Below, piece by piece: positions 25,641 to 37,193 of a stretch of DNA of 64,000 nt. The notes under the pieces are model-generated. The model did no database searches. It worked only from the letters and a program-made list of their open reading frames with translations, and had not been told where the DNA came from. Origin of the DNA: Adineta vaga (taxonomy: Eukaryota > Animalia > Rotifera); contig CP075494.1 in NCBI GenBank assembly GCA_021613535.1, forward strand, positions 12,586,001 through 12,650,000. The letters are read 5' to 3'. The number at the start of each line of letters is the position of its first letter. The stretch's first letter is position 1. The position numbers and the translations under genes were made by a program.

Positions 25641-26405
25641 TTAATCATCACCATCATCATCATCATCATCTCCACCACCCATTCCATTTCGTATCGTTTT
25701 ATTTTTCTTTCCAAGCAAATGAATTCTTTTCTTCTTTTCTTGTTCATCTGGTGGTGAATTTAAATCACCTTTATAATCAATCACACCACCGCAACCTAAA
25801 CGCCATTCAAGAATTTCCGTAGAAAATTCATCATGATTGCCTAAATCTGTAAAACCAATAATTTTATCTTTGACAATATTATCAATTAACAATGCAAGCG
25901 TTGGTAAGGTTTTAATATTTAAGCGTTCAGTAATAAATGGTGCACGATCAACATTTAATTTAACAAATTTCGTTTCAATATGCTTTCGTGCAAGAGTTTC
26001 GAGATGTTTATCAACAATTTTACAACGCATAGCTGATTCACGATAGAAATGACAAACAATACGTTCACTTTTTTTTGTTATATCAAATAATTCTTTTTCA
26101 CTAGGTAAATCATCGTATTCACCATGACCTAAATGGATCATATACAACGATACTGTATAAGATTTCTTTTGACCTACCATTAGCAAGCCATTCTTGACGT
26201 TTTTTATGTTCATGTTTCATTGAATTAAGTCTTTCTGCACGCATTTTTTCAATATCTGTTTCAGTCAGTTTTTCTAATCGATTCAATTCAGCATCGACCT
26301 AAATTACAAGAAAATATTTTCGATCGATCGATCGATTCATTGCATTACTTTTTCTTCGACAGCTTGAGTCGCTTCTCGTAATTTTTGTTCGAATACTTGT
26401 TCCAT
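25641..26405 (-). CDS. TXNDC9: Thioredoxin domain-containing protein 9 (phosducin-like 3)
   Basis: GHGEY..L..EKE.F...KKS.RIVCHFYR...RCKIVDKHL..LA.KHIETKF; GFTDLGN.DEFSTE.LEWRL; 3 exons. Confidence 0.93.
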
Positions 26406-26745
26406 CTGAATACTTTCTCCGCAATGAATAAATCTCTAAAATACAACAAGAATCAATCCTATATATACAGTTCGTATCATTCAACAAGAGAAGAGAAAAA
26501 AAAACATGTTTGAATTCTAATTCACAATGAATACTCGTTGCTATCGAAACTCTCATTGGAGAGTAGTAACCAGGACATGCAGATCTTCAAAAAATAAATC
26601 GTTGACAACTAGTGTCATCTAATGAATTTTTACAAAATTTCGATGTTCATGAGAGAATGTATGATATATACCATAGAAAAAAAACGATCTGGTTTATTAT
26701 ATTTATTTCTGTAAACAATAAGACAAAATTATATGCAGTTATTTA

Positions 26746-28836
26746 TTAATCATCATCAATTTTTTCGAGGATATCTCTTTCATTTAGAATCATTGAATCC
26801 ATATCGGTAACCATCGATTGATAAGATTTCGATTTTTTGCGTTTCATATGACAAAAAAGTGTAATAATAACTCCACCGATGATAAGAAAAAGACCAATAT
26901 TAAGTATAATATAAAGTAGTATTGATGATGTTTTTCTTTCGTCACATGGAAGATCAAATAAGGAGATAGGACAATCAGTAGTCAAGACTTTTCTTAAAGG
27001 TTCATAAAAGTCAGGTACTGCTGGTGGTTCAGTTTTTAACCATTGAATAAATGGATGAAAAGTGCAATCACATTTGATTTGGTCATTGTCAAAAAAATCA
27101 ATAGTTAATAAATGGCGATAATCATTTAAATCGACACCTGAATCGATTTTTTCAATGGACATATTTCGTAGAGAAAGATGGGTTAAATCTATGTGCCAAG
27201 GATAGAAAATATTCCAATTAAGTGTGCGATGTTTTTCCTGAAGTTGATTATTTCTCAAGACCAAAGTATGAATATTGGATAAATTATGTAGATAAATCAG
27301 ATTTTCAAATGAATCGAAAGAAGTTGAGCTTATATCAAGGTATTGTATCGTAGGTAGATTAATATTAAATGTTATTGGAGTTAAAGATAAATTGAAATTG
27401 TTATTTAATAGAAGTGTATATGTTGATTGTCCATGCAGTTTGAGTGATTGAAGATTATTCTGGGATAAATCAATAGTATGTGGAGATTCAGCTATCCAAT
27501 TGATTTGAATTGATTCCATTTGATTTGAAGAGAGATTCAATGAATTCATCAGAGATAATTCATACATTCCATGACGAAATTGTATATGATTGATATTGAT
27601 AATTTTCAAACGATTAAAACTTAAATCTAATGTAGAAAATGTGAGATATGGAAGGAAATCTAATGTTTCCAATTGATTATAACTGAAATCAATTATATCA
27701 ATATGAAAAAATTTTAACATAGTTTGATTAAAATCAATAGAAAAATCATTCATTCCAGTATGAGATATGCTTAATTGTTGTAAATAAGTATAATCCGAAT
27801 ATAGATGAAATTGAACTCGCTTTAAATCGATATTTTCACTAAAATCAATTGTTCTTAGTCGATCATAAACATTCAAATGAATAGAATTGAGTTTCATAAC
27901 ATTTCGAATTTGAATATTTTCAAGATTTGTATTTGATAGAAAATCGTTTGTTGATATCGAATCCATAGAATTTTGATCATTCAATATCAAATCTTTGATA
28001 CATGAATTAAAAATTTTTACCGACGTAATATTTGTTTGTGAAAGATCAAGTATCAATTGATGATTAACATCTGAACAATTGCTGAGAAACTTTTGATAAT
28101 CGTTCATTGAAATTTGTTGACAATGACGACAGACGAATACTTCTAATCGTGGTAATAGTTCAAGATAAAATAATTGCTTGATGGAAGTGAAGGAAAGATC
28201 AAGATAAACCAAAGATCGAAAATCATGAATTTTATTGAGAATTGTTTTCAATGGATTGAATGATAAAATTAAAGTTTCAATTTTTTTCAATGCATTTCCA
28301 GATAAATTATCAATTGATTGAAGTTGATTGTGTGAAAGATTTAAATATTTCAAAATATGAAAATTTTGTTGATTGAAAGTCAATTGAGTTATATTGGTGA
28401 ATTGATTATAGGATAAATCAAGTTTAATTAATTGAGGATACGATGAAGTATTTAATTGTAACCATTGTAAACCTTTCTCATCACAAACCGTAAGAGTTTG
28501 AACGAGACGAAAATAAGCCTTCGCACTTTGATTGAATGTCACGGACGATAAAAACGTATTGTTAATCATTGTCAAATGTTCAATATTTGGTGTGACAAAA
28601 GTGAAAAGATCATTTAATGATAATTGAAAACTTGAATCACGTATTTGTACATGATGATTTTGAAGTGTATATTTTAATTCATTAAATAATGGAATTGGAT
28701 GAATGAATGTTGTATTCCAACAAGAAAATAATGTTGTTCGGTCATAGATACATCGTTGTGGTATTTCATTCCAGAATGAACAATTAATCACGTGAATAAA
28801 AAAAACAAGGAAGAAAATCAAAGATTGTCCTTTCAT
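26746..28836 (-). CDS. Type I membrane leucine-rich-repeat protein with short cytoplasmic tail
   Basis: Signal peptide, many LxxLDLSxN repeats, LRR-CT (KCDC...WL...CP), TM ILLYIILNIGLFLIIGGVIITLF, ~35-aa tail; intronless. Confidence 0.9.
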   Translation of the reverse strand: MKGQSLIFFLVFFIHVINCSFWNEIPQRCIYDRTTLFSCWNTTFIHPIPLFNELKYTLQNHHVQIRDSSFQLSLNDLFTFVTPNIEHLTMINNTFLSSVTFNQSAKAYFRLVQTLTVCDEKGLQWLQLNTSSYPQLIKLDLSYNQFTNITQLTFNQQNFHILKYLNLSHNQLQSIDNLSGNALKKIETLILSFNPLKTILNKIHDFRSLVYLDLSFTSIKQLFYLELLPRLEVFVCRHCQQISMNDYQKFLSNCSDVNHQLILDLSQTNITSVKIFNSCIKDLILNDQNSMDSISTNDFLSNTNLENIQIRNVMKLNSIHLNVYDRLRTIDFSENIDLKRVQFHLYSDYTYLQQLSISHTGMNDFSIDFNQTMLKFFHIDIIDFSYNQLETLDFLPYLTFSTLDLSFNRLKIININHIQFRHGMYELSLMNSLNLSSNQMESIQINWIAESPHTIDLSQNNLQSLKLHGQSTYTLLLNNNFNLSLTPITFNINLPTIQYLDISSTSFDSFENLIYLHNLSNIHTLVLRNNQLQEKHRTLNWNIFYPWHIDLTHLSLRNMSIEKIDSGVDLNDYRHLLTIDFFDNDQIKCDCTFHPFIQWLKTEPPAVPDFYEPLRKVLTTDCPISLFDLPCDERKTSSILLYIILNIGLFLIIGGVIITLFCHMKRKKSKSYQSMVTDMDSMILNERDILEKIDDD

Positions 28837-29630
28837 CTTATTGTATTTTGTCTACACACGTCAAGAGTTAAAGCGATAGAAAAATAACAGTGTAAAAAAC
28901 GTTACTTAATTTCTTTCTCTTTTTTGTTCGATTACCATGTTAAGATTTTTTTTCTTGACAATGAAATAAATTGATACGAAAAAGCCTCTTCTTCTCCTTT
29001 TTTTTCTTCCTTTCTTGTTGTGTAACAGGATCAAATAAAACACGTCAAAGTTATAAAAAAAAGAAACTACTAGTCAACTCAAGGTTTTTTTCTCCTTCGG
29101 TCAAACTAGTTAACAAAATCATGTTATATTACTGGACATTGTGAAAATGATGAAATTAATAATGGAGAGAAAAGAGCAGAAAAAAGTGTTCGTGGTGAGT
29201 AAAAGGCATCTGCAGAAATGATGTTCTTTTTTTTCTCTCGTCTTTAAAGAATTACGTAATGGAAATAAAGTAAAAGACACGTTCACGTTCACTTCGGCGA
29301 GGAAACTCATTTTCTTTACATAATCTAAGAAGTGAAAAAAAGAACTCACCATGTGAAGTGAACTAGTTTATAAACTTAATAACCCACAAACGTCAATCGA
29401 TTTGATTGAATTTGAAAAAACAATTCTTCTGTTGATCAAGACATCATTTAATCAGCATTAGAAGCTGATTTAATAGAAAGATATTTTGATCGAAAAGTTC
29501 TCTTTTAGCTGCATACGAAACCTAGAATAGACTGTGCACTATCCGAGGGCAGAGAGCAGCTCATCATATATTTACAAAGCAACAGGACAAACAATATCAT
29601 TAATCGTCTGTGACAGAAGCGAAGAAAAAT

Positions 29631-29707
29631 ATACCATTCATGGGACTCGAACCATATACCTTCTATTAGTTAGATAAATGTCCTAGTCAGTTCGACTAAA
29701 AGCGATA
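29631..29707 (-). pseudogene. tRNA-derived pseudogene or SINE head (Val-AAC-like)
   Basis: Minus strand TATCGCTTTTAGTCGAACTGACTAGGACATTTATCTAACTAATAGAAGGTATATGGTTCGAGTCCCATGAATGGTA: B-box GGTTCGAGTCC, 7-nt loop CTAACTA; weak acceptor stem, D-loop lacks GG. Confidence 0.6.
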
Positions 29708-32432
29708 ATATTCAATCTCTGTTTGATGTCGACGTATATCATTACCAACATTCAGATAAATATATTTTATCAAAACTGGGTATAAACTGATTATATACTT
29801 GAGATAAATTTCAAAATACATAGAATCAATGTGATTCTTATGCATCATTTTATGAACATTGATTTTATCGATAAAACTACGACTTCATTATTTAGAAACT
29901 AACAATTAAAGTCAAGAAATATATATAATGGTTAATAATATTAACCACTTTTCATCCTATGACAGTGATAATCATGAATTCTATACCGTGTTGTTCATAT
30001 CACTCTAATTTATTGTAGATAAAAGACATATTAACAAGATACAGTAATAATTTGTGAATTCGCTATATGCTATAAAAGATTTCGGTACGACCATTAACAA
30101 AAGTCAATAGCTCAAAAGTAACGTGTAATGTAGAAAAATAGTAATAAGTACATAAACAAACGTTGTTTACACCATTCTTTAAATAACTTAAATTAGAACA
30201 CATTTGTCCAACATATAAGTTTGACAATGTTTAGTTTTTAGTAACCTTTCTCATGATGAAATACTGGTTGCTTTCCATCATAGAATCAACTTGCCTGATC
30301 ATGATTGTTCGCTCAGTGGTACGAAGTCAGAAAAAACGCATGCACTTATAAACTCTGATTTTTAAACTCATTTTATTCGATCGGTGCTCAAATCTACTAC
30401 ACCGGACTAATTTACAAAACTACAGTTTGTAGGATGATGACACTTAATTCGACATTATGTTTCAAAATGAAACGCACAGTTAACATTTATAGTAATAATT
30501 ACAACAGCCCAATACATATTGTATTCTCAGCATTCCAAATAGACGGCATTGTACAGACTTCAAGTTTATATTCTTTGTAAAGCAAAAATTAGTAAATACT
30601 CCTAGAACTCGTTCATCCAAGTTGTTAAGATATTAAGACTAGTTAAATAGCTCAATACTAGCATATTTTACAGTAACACCAAAATCAAATGATATCCTTT
30701 AGTCTAAAACAGGCAACTCTCTTGCAAATGAGTCGTTGATGAAAACAATCCAATAGATGCAGAATGCAATATTATTATACACAAATTAAGAATACTATAA
30801 GTCAAACTATGATTCAAAGCAATGTCATTCATTCCTATGGATAATCAAAAATGACGTGTGCATATTTACACTGGAACCAAGAAAATATCGATTAATGATA
30901 TGTTTGCTGTAACCAAATTAACACTTTCATCTACAACAAGAACTATTAGTTTAATTAAAAGATGAAATCGTAAACTGATAAGCGAAATGAATAAAACAAA
31001 GTTAGAAACTATTATTCCGGTTCAAATTATATGCAAATAAGCATAATCATCGTGGTCGTCCAGTGAACTGTTCCCGGTACAGATACAGAGATATCAGCGA
31101 TATTTATCGAACATTCAGAATCACTAATGTCAATAAAATATTAAGAGCAATTAATATCAATCATTCAAAGGAAAGTACAATAAATTAAAAACTATTTATT
31201 GATTGAAGAAAGTAAGAAATTGTATATTGAAACTGAACTAGTCATAGATGATAATATGCTCGCTAAAGTATACTGCGATCATTATGTGAATTTGTAATTT
31301 GTATTTTTCTGTTATTTTTTAAATATTTTGCGGACACATCCATTTGTCTCTCTCTAATTATATTAAATTTTGAAATAAAAATATTGAAAGAACATGAGGA
31401 TAAGCGTATAGAACTAATTATTTGAATTTCAATTAACGTTTAAAAGATATTTTTCGGATTATCTAGAAGAAAGCAATCGCGAAAAAAACTTATCTTTTGA
31501 TTGATGGATATTGTTTTTTTCATTAAGCAGAGTTTCACAAGTATATATTCTCTTGTTTGAAACGAATTGTTTCGATGAGCTCAAAGAGAAATATACAGTA
31601 ACAGTGCACATCTTTCGACTTTTAAAATTCTGTAAATAAATCGTTTGCTGTTACTTTCGAAACATTATTTTGATGAAAAAGTGCTGTGCGAATCTTTGAC
31701 GAGTAGAAAAATTATTTAAGATGTCATATACTTCTTGAATATGATGCATACCATTCTTCATTTTCACAATATTTAAATAGTTAAACAAAAAAATCAATCT
31801 CACCAAGAGAAAAGAATTTTTCATTCTATTTATTGATATTCTAATCAAACATAAATACAACTTGGATGTAACTAATCTCTGGATATTAGTTGATTTTTTG
31901 GCGTCGATACTTCATTATTTCGAGTGAGATATTGATTAAGAGAAAAACAGCAAGCGTATGAGAAGAATGTCGGCATCGATCTCTCTGTCTTATCCAATGT
32001 CTAAGTCAATTCAATAGCGTCATTTGTATTGCTTTTAACTTGATGAACTAAAGAGATATATTCACACAATTGATTTTATTTTCGCTTGTCTTTTGTTTGA
32101 AAAAATAAATTTACAAGTCTATTCAAATTTCAACTATACATGTCATCTCAAGCTTACTCTTGATCTCATCTTTCTACTGAGAAAAATGAACTGTTAATGT
32201 CTTGTCTATTTCAATAGAATGTCAACGTATGGATTAATACAAATATATGTTTCTCACGGTACAATTGCATCATTTCTCTTAGAAGAATTAGCTGCTTTAT
32301 AGAAATAAAACAAACATCTATAGTCGATTGCTTACGGCCACTTGAACAATTAGATTCCCTGATTGAAAAGAATGTTAGTCTCTTCCTTTATTTCTTTCTT
32401 TTCCTATTCGTCCAACGATGTAATAATATATC

Positions 32433-33779
32433 ATGCAATTCATTTCTCTCATTGGATATTTTAAAAGAAGAAAATCAAAACGAAAAAAAACGAAGAGAAT
32501 AATGAGAGTTGGAAATTCATTTTTGTGCAATATGATGGAACATAACGAACAAACAGCTACCACCACCACCACAACAACAGTATCTTCATCGAAATCAAAA
32601 CTTTTTGTAATTATAACATTATCCACTGCTATCTGTTCCATTATTATTGTTGCAATATTTCTTTTACTTGCTGATAAATATCGACCAATATCAACGCAAA
32701 GTGCTGTTACACAATCGTTAAAATCAATCGCTAAACATTCAACTACTGGTGTGTATATGATTTAGAATTTATTTTCAATCTTGATGTTGTTCTCACGCTA
32801 ATATGAAACTATGTTATTATAATTTTGATGTATAGAACGAATAGTTTTTTTTATTTAAGTAACTACAACGACAACTTTATCTCCTGAAGAACTCCGTCGA
32901 TTATCAGCTTTCAAAGAATTTCTCAATCTTCCATCAAATCATCCAAATCCTAATCCATCTCGTTCATCAAAAACGATGAATACATTTATGCGTTCGATCT
33001 ATCGACAAATCTATGATGAACAAGGTTCTTATAGACGAAAACGACACAACAATGAATATTCCGACTTGCATCTATTTGATTCCACAGATTTTATTATTAG
33101 TTTACCGAATCAACAAAATTTGTCACCAAATATTACCTATCATTTCGAATACAATGCTTCACTTGAACACCTTACCTATGCTGAACTTATCTTACCTATT
33201 CATCAATTTTCTACACTTCGAATTTTGTCTTCGACTTTTTCTATATCTCTAAAGTCATCTTTTCGAAGTAATTCAAAGTTACTTAAAATCAATTTAACAC
33301 AATATATCACATCATTTCCAATCACATTTCAACTTCAAATCAATCACACACAACAAACATTCACTTCTCTTTCATCCGGTTTTTTAACTTTACATTTTCG
33401 TCGATCATCGCATTCTATTTCACGTCGTCAGTTATCTTTATTTTATGCTAATCAATTAGTCACATATCCTAACGAACCATCCTATTGTCAAGTTCGTCCA
33501 TTACGTACATCCTTCTCGGAATTACAATGGTCTTCATGGATTCTTGAACCAAGTTCATATGAAATGAATGTATGTTCTGGCACATGTCATACTCAATCCA
33601 ATATGGATACTTATTTTTTAATTCAAAATCTACTTCATCAAAAATATCCACGAAACATTCCTGCACCTTGTTGTAAACCAAAACGATTTTCTTCTACAAT
33701 ACTTTTATATTATGATGGACCTAATTTAATTTTAAAAAGACATGAAAATATGCGTGTAGTAGAATGTGGTTGTTCGTAA
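32433..33779 (+). CDS. TGF-beta superfamily ligand (BMP/Nodal-like)
   Basis: Exons to 32748 and 32860-33779; cystine knot C..W.SWILEP..Y..NVCSGTC..PAPCCKP..LYYDG..HENMRVVECGCS; RRKR basic site; exact start (32433/32502/32532) uncertain. Confidence 0.9.
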
Positions 33780-33819
33780 TATATTGTAATATAAAATAAA
33801 GATTTTTAATACGATTAAG

Positions 33820-34833
33820 TTACTGTTGTCGTTTGGCTTCTCTAGTACTAAGAATGACTGGTCGTGGATCGATTCCAATTTGTCTTCTTTCTAAAATTCT
33901 TCGATGACATAGGAACATAGAAAATCGATTGACCATATGTCGAGCTTCAAGTCGAAATTCAGAGCCAGCTAGTGTGTATAAATAAAATGATATTGAACAA
34001 TTTGAAAATGCTAAATGACGTCCTATTTGAGATGCAAAATTTTCGATCGTTAATCGTAATATACTCTTCACCACTGTTGTTGTCATTGTTGATATTAGTT
34101 GAGTGATTATTAATGGTAATGAACATACAATGGTGATGATTACTTGTAATAGTAACATTTTACTTAATTGAATATCACGTTGTCGAAGATGTGCATGTCT
34201 TGTATTACCAATACGTCCCTGTATCGAACGTATATTTTGAATCGTTAAAAGTCCAAAGAATGCCATAATGAGAGGTGGTAGAAGACTAAATTGTATGATA
34301 AGTTGAATATCGTTGAATATACGATAGAAACCAAACTGAGGATAACAGCTGGATGATTGAATATTGTATAAAATTAGTATATGACAGTAAGTAAGACTGA
34401 AAAGAATAGTAGTAAATCCAATTGAAAAATATGTATTTTTTAATGTACTCAGTCGTCGTCGATTATTATTTTCTGAACTTATTAAATAACGATCAATTGT
34501 TGCCAAAACTATGTACCAATTCGATAGACTAAAAGATAAGTATAAGAAATACGAACGTAATTTACAAATAACAAGATAACTATTAACCAGATCAATATTA
34601 GCAATATCTTGTAGATAACGTATCAACATTCCCAAATAAAGAGCAATCAGATTCGTTATTGTATTTGCAAAAAAATATAATGACGTCGGATTTTTTCGTT
34701 GATTTGGTTTGGAAAAAATGAGTAGATTACATATGTGACCGAATGTACCAATGATTAATAGAATTAATGGGAAAATATCATTAATACTTATTATAATTCT
34801 TCGTAAAGTATTGATTATATCAATATCATTCAT
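33820..34833 (-). CDS. Orphan class A (rhodopsin-like) GPCR
   Basis: 7 TMs; IGTFGH..N, C in TM3, ATIDRY, P in TM5/TM6, SFYLY in TM7; intronless. Confidence 0.9.
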   Translation of the reverse strand: MNDIDIINTLRRIIISINDIFPLILLIIGTFGHICNLLIFSKPNQRKNPTSLYFFANTITNLIALYLGMLIRYLQDIANIDLVNSYLVICKLRSYFLYLSFSLSNWYIVLATIDRYLISSENNNRRRLSTLKNTYFSIGFTTILFSLTYCHILILYNIQSSSCYPQFGFYRIFNDIQLIIQFSLLPPLIMAFFGLLTIQNIRSIQGRIGNTRHAHLRQRDIQLSKMLLLQVIITIVCSLPLIITQLISTMTTTVVKSILRLTIENFASQIGRHLAFSNCSISFYLYTLAGSEFRLEARHMVNRFSMFLCHRRILERRQIGIDPRPVILSTREAKRQQ

Positions 34834-35708
34834 TTTCTCGGTAAAATAAAGATACGACAAATAATATTTACGAGGTAACGTTGAAGATAATTTACTATTT
34901 AAAGGGAACTTTACAGAACAAAATGAAGATGTATGAGCAAGAGAAGACTTATATTATTTTGACATGTCAAAAACTTTCTTTTCTAAGAAACTTTACTTCG
35001 ACTTACATGTTTAATATGTCATTGAGTTCAAATGATAAATAAATGACAGTCTTTCTTGATGCTCATCTATCACTAAAGATATTGATTAGAACAACATATT
35101 ATCTTTGTCAGATGCTTTACTTTGTAGATCATTTGATAAGAACAGAAGTCTATAATCAAATTAACGTTCGTTCATTAAAACATGTGAAAATAATATCTTT
35201 TCTCAAAGTTGACAAAAATGAAGTACATACATGGATCAATTCATAATTTTCAATATCAGCAACTTACATTCAGATAATGTAGACAATTGAGATATGAAAA
35301 TCAAAATGACCCTTCGTATCTACAAAAGAAGTATATCGTTTGTGATAAATTACACTATATAGTTCAAATTACTCTAATGCTATTTCATCCCTTTCTACTC
35401 ATTAAAGCATTGAGGCTACGTTTCGGGATTTAACAAAACGATGACAGTTTTTCTTATCCAATATTAAGAATTACCTTACATCGTTAATTCTCTTAGACAT
35501 CAACGTTAATATGCATCAAAAACATATTTCCATTTAGATTTTGATTATGTCAGATAAGCTCGACGCCGTAAGTGCATAAAAAATGAGATCTTTCATTATC
35601 AATTCAATATGAAATAGTATGTCAATATTGTTGATGTTTTCAGCTATCAAATTGTATTAGTACTATAACGTGATTTATTTTTAATTATGATTCTCAGCAA
35701 AAAATACT

Positions 35709-37073
35709 TTATTTCTTTACTCGTTTAAAATTATCTTCCATATCTTGTTTGATTACATTAACGAACTTTTCTTTTAAATCTTTATCTATTCGGAATATGA
35801 CTTCAGCTCCATCACGATCTTTTGGTAACCATGTATTTTCATCAAACATTGGATTAAGCCGAAATATACGTAGATAGAATGCGCCTGACCATCCTGTATA
35901 AAATCGACATTGATCTGTATAACCAAAGTCGACTGAACTTGCCCAATCATATCTGAAATTTGAATTGACAATAATTTCATTTGAAACAAATCCTAAATCA
36001 GCAAGATGGTTTTCTTGCGTCATTTTTCTCATCGCTGTATCTGCAGTAGCTAGCCAACGTTCGAGAAATGTTTGATCACGTGATTTTAAAATCGATTGAC
36101 GAATGGTTTTTGCAATACTTGACATTGAATATGGATCTTCGAAGTTTTCAGATAACATAATTAATACTGAATTAGCAATTTGATTCTTCGGAGCAATGGT
36201 ATCAGATACACCTCGAAAGTTGATAGATGTTTTTGTACGTAAAATACGATGTTGATCATCATCGTTATAACAATACGTATTCAATGTAAGAATAATATAC
36301 GCAATCAAGGCATCATGAAGTGTAACTTGAAGATTTTCATTTATTAAATCATGCAGTATTTTAAGTTGTTCACTAGAAAAACATAGATTAACTTGCTTAT
36401 ATGCTTCTTGGTCGATCATAAATTTCTTCCACATTTCATCGAAAGATTTTGCGTCTCGTAAATGTTTCATCATTGGTAGCAATGATGGATCAGCTTCATC
36501 TTGTTTCCATAAGCGTCGTTCGAAATGAGGTTTTGGTAGCAGCGGTTCCTTTTGTTGATATAAGCAAGAGATTGTATTTAGAAAATACAAACATGATGCT
36601 GCATCGCCTAATTCATGTGCCCAACTTATACCTAATATCCATTCATTACTTTGTATTATTTCGGTTAATTTTATTCGTACTAATGGTTCATCTTGTGTAT
36701 TATCAAATAGTTTTAATACTTGTACTTCATCGATATATGTTGAAAGAGAACATTCATAAAAATCTATGATTACATTAGAATTAAATGGCCATTTCATCAA
36801 ATCAGAATTCTTAGTTACTGTTACTGGTATAGAACTATCAGACATTTCGACGAAATAATGTTCATTTGTATCCTGACGAGAACGACCAGCAATGAAAGGC
36901 CACAAAGAAAGAGTATCACTAAGTGCTTTTTTAAATCGTTCAATATGAATTATTGATGGATATACGAAAACATTATCAATACGTGCCATTCGCCATAGAT
37001 CTAGTCCAACTAGTTCTATACGATGATTGAAACCTTGAGGATTTGAAGGATAAACAAAAAATGTTGTCGTCAT
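35709..37073 (-). CDS. BAHD-type (transferase family) acyltransferase
   Basis: ALS.TL..WP..AGR, catalytic HxxxD (HELGD), DFG(YT) variant of DFGWG, DGAEV; intronless. Confidence 0.88.
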   Translation of the reverse strand: MTTTFFVYPSNPQGFNHRIELVGLDLWRMARIDNVFVYPSIIHIERFKKALSDTLSLWPFIAGRSRQDTNEHYFVEMSDSSIPVTVTKNSDLMKWPFNSNVIIDFYECSLSTYIDEVQVLKLFDNTQDEPLVRIKLTEIIQSNEWILGISWAHELGDAASCLYFLNTISCLYQQKEPLLPKPHFERRLWKQDEADPSLLPMMKHLRDAKSFDEMWKKFMIDQEAYKQVNLCFSSEQLKILHDLINENLQVTLHDALIAYIILTLNTYCYNDDDQHRILRTKTSINFRGVSDTIAPKNQIANSVLIMLSENFEDPYSMSSIAKTIRQSILKSRDQTFLERWLATADTAMRKMTQENHLADLGFVSNEIIVNSNFRYDWASSVDFGYTDQCRFYTGWSGAFYLRIFRLNPMFDENTWLPKDRDGAEVIFRIDKDLKEKFVNVIKQDMEDNFKRVKK

Positions 37074-37193
37074 TTTCGATTTAATAAAAAGAAAAACAAA
37101 TGACAAAAAAACACCATCATGTCTTATTACTCATGATTCTAATGGTTAAATATGGATATGACACTATCTAACATATCATTCCATGGTAAGTGG

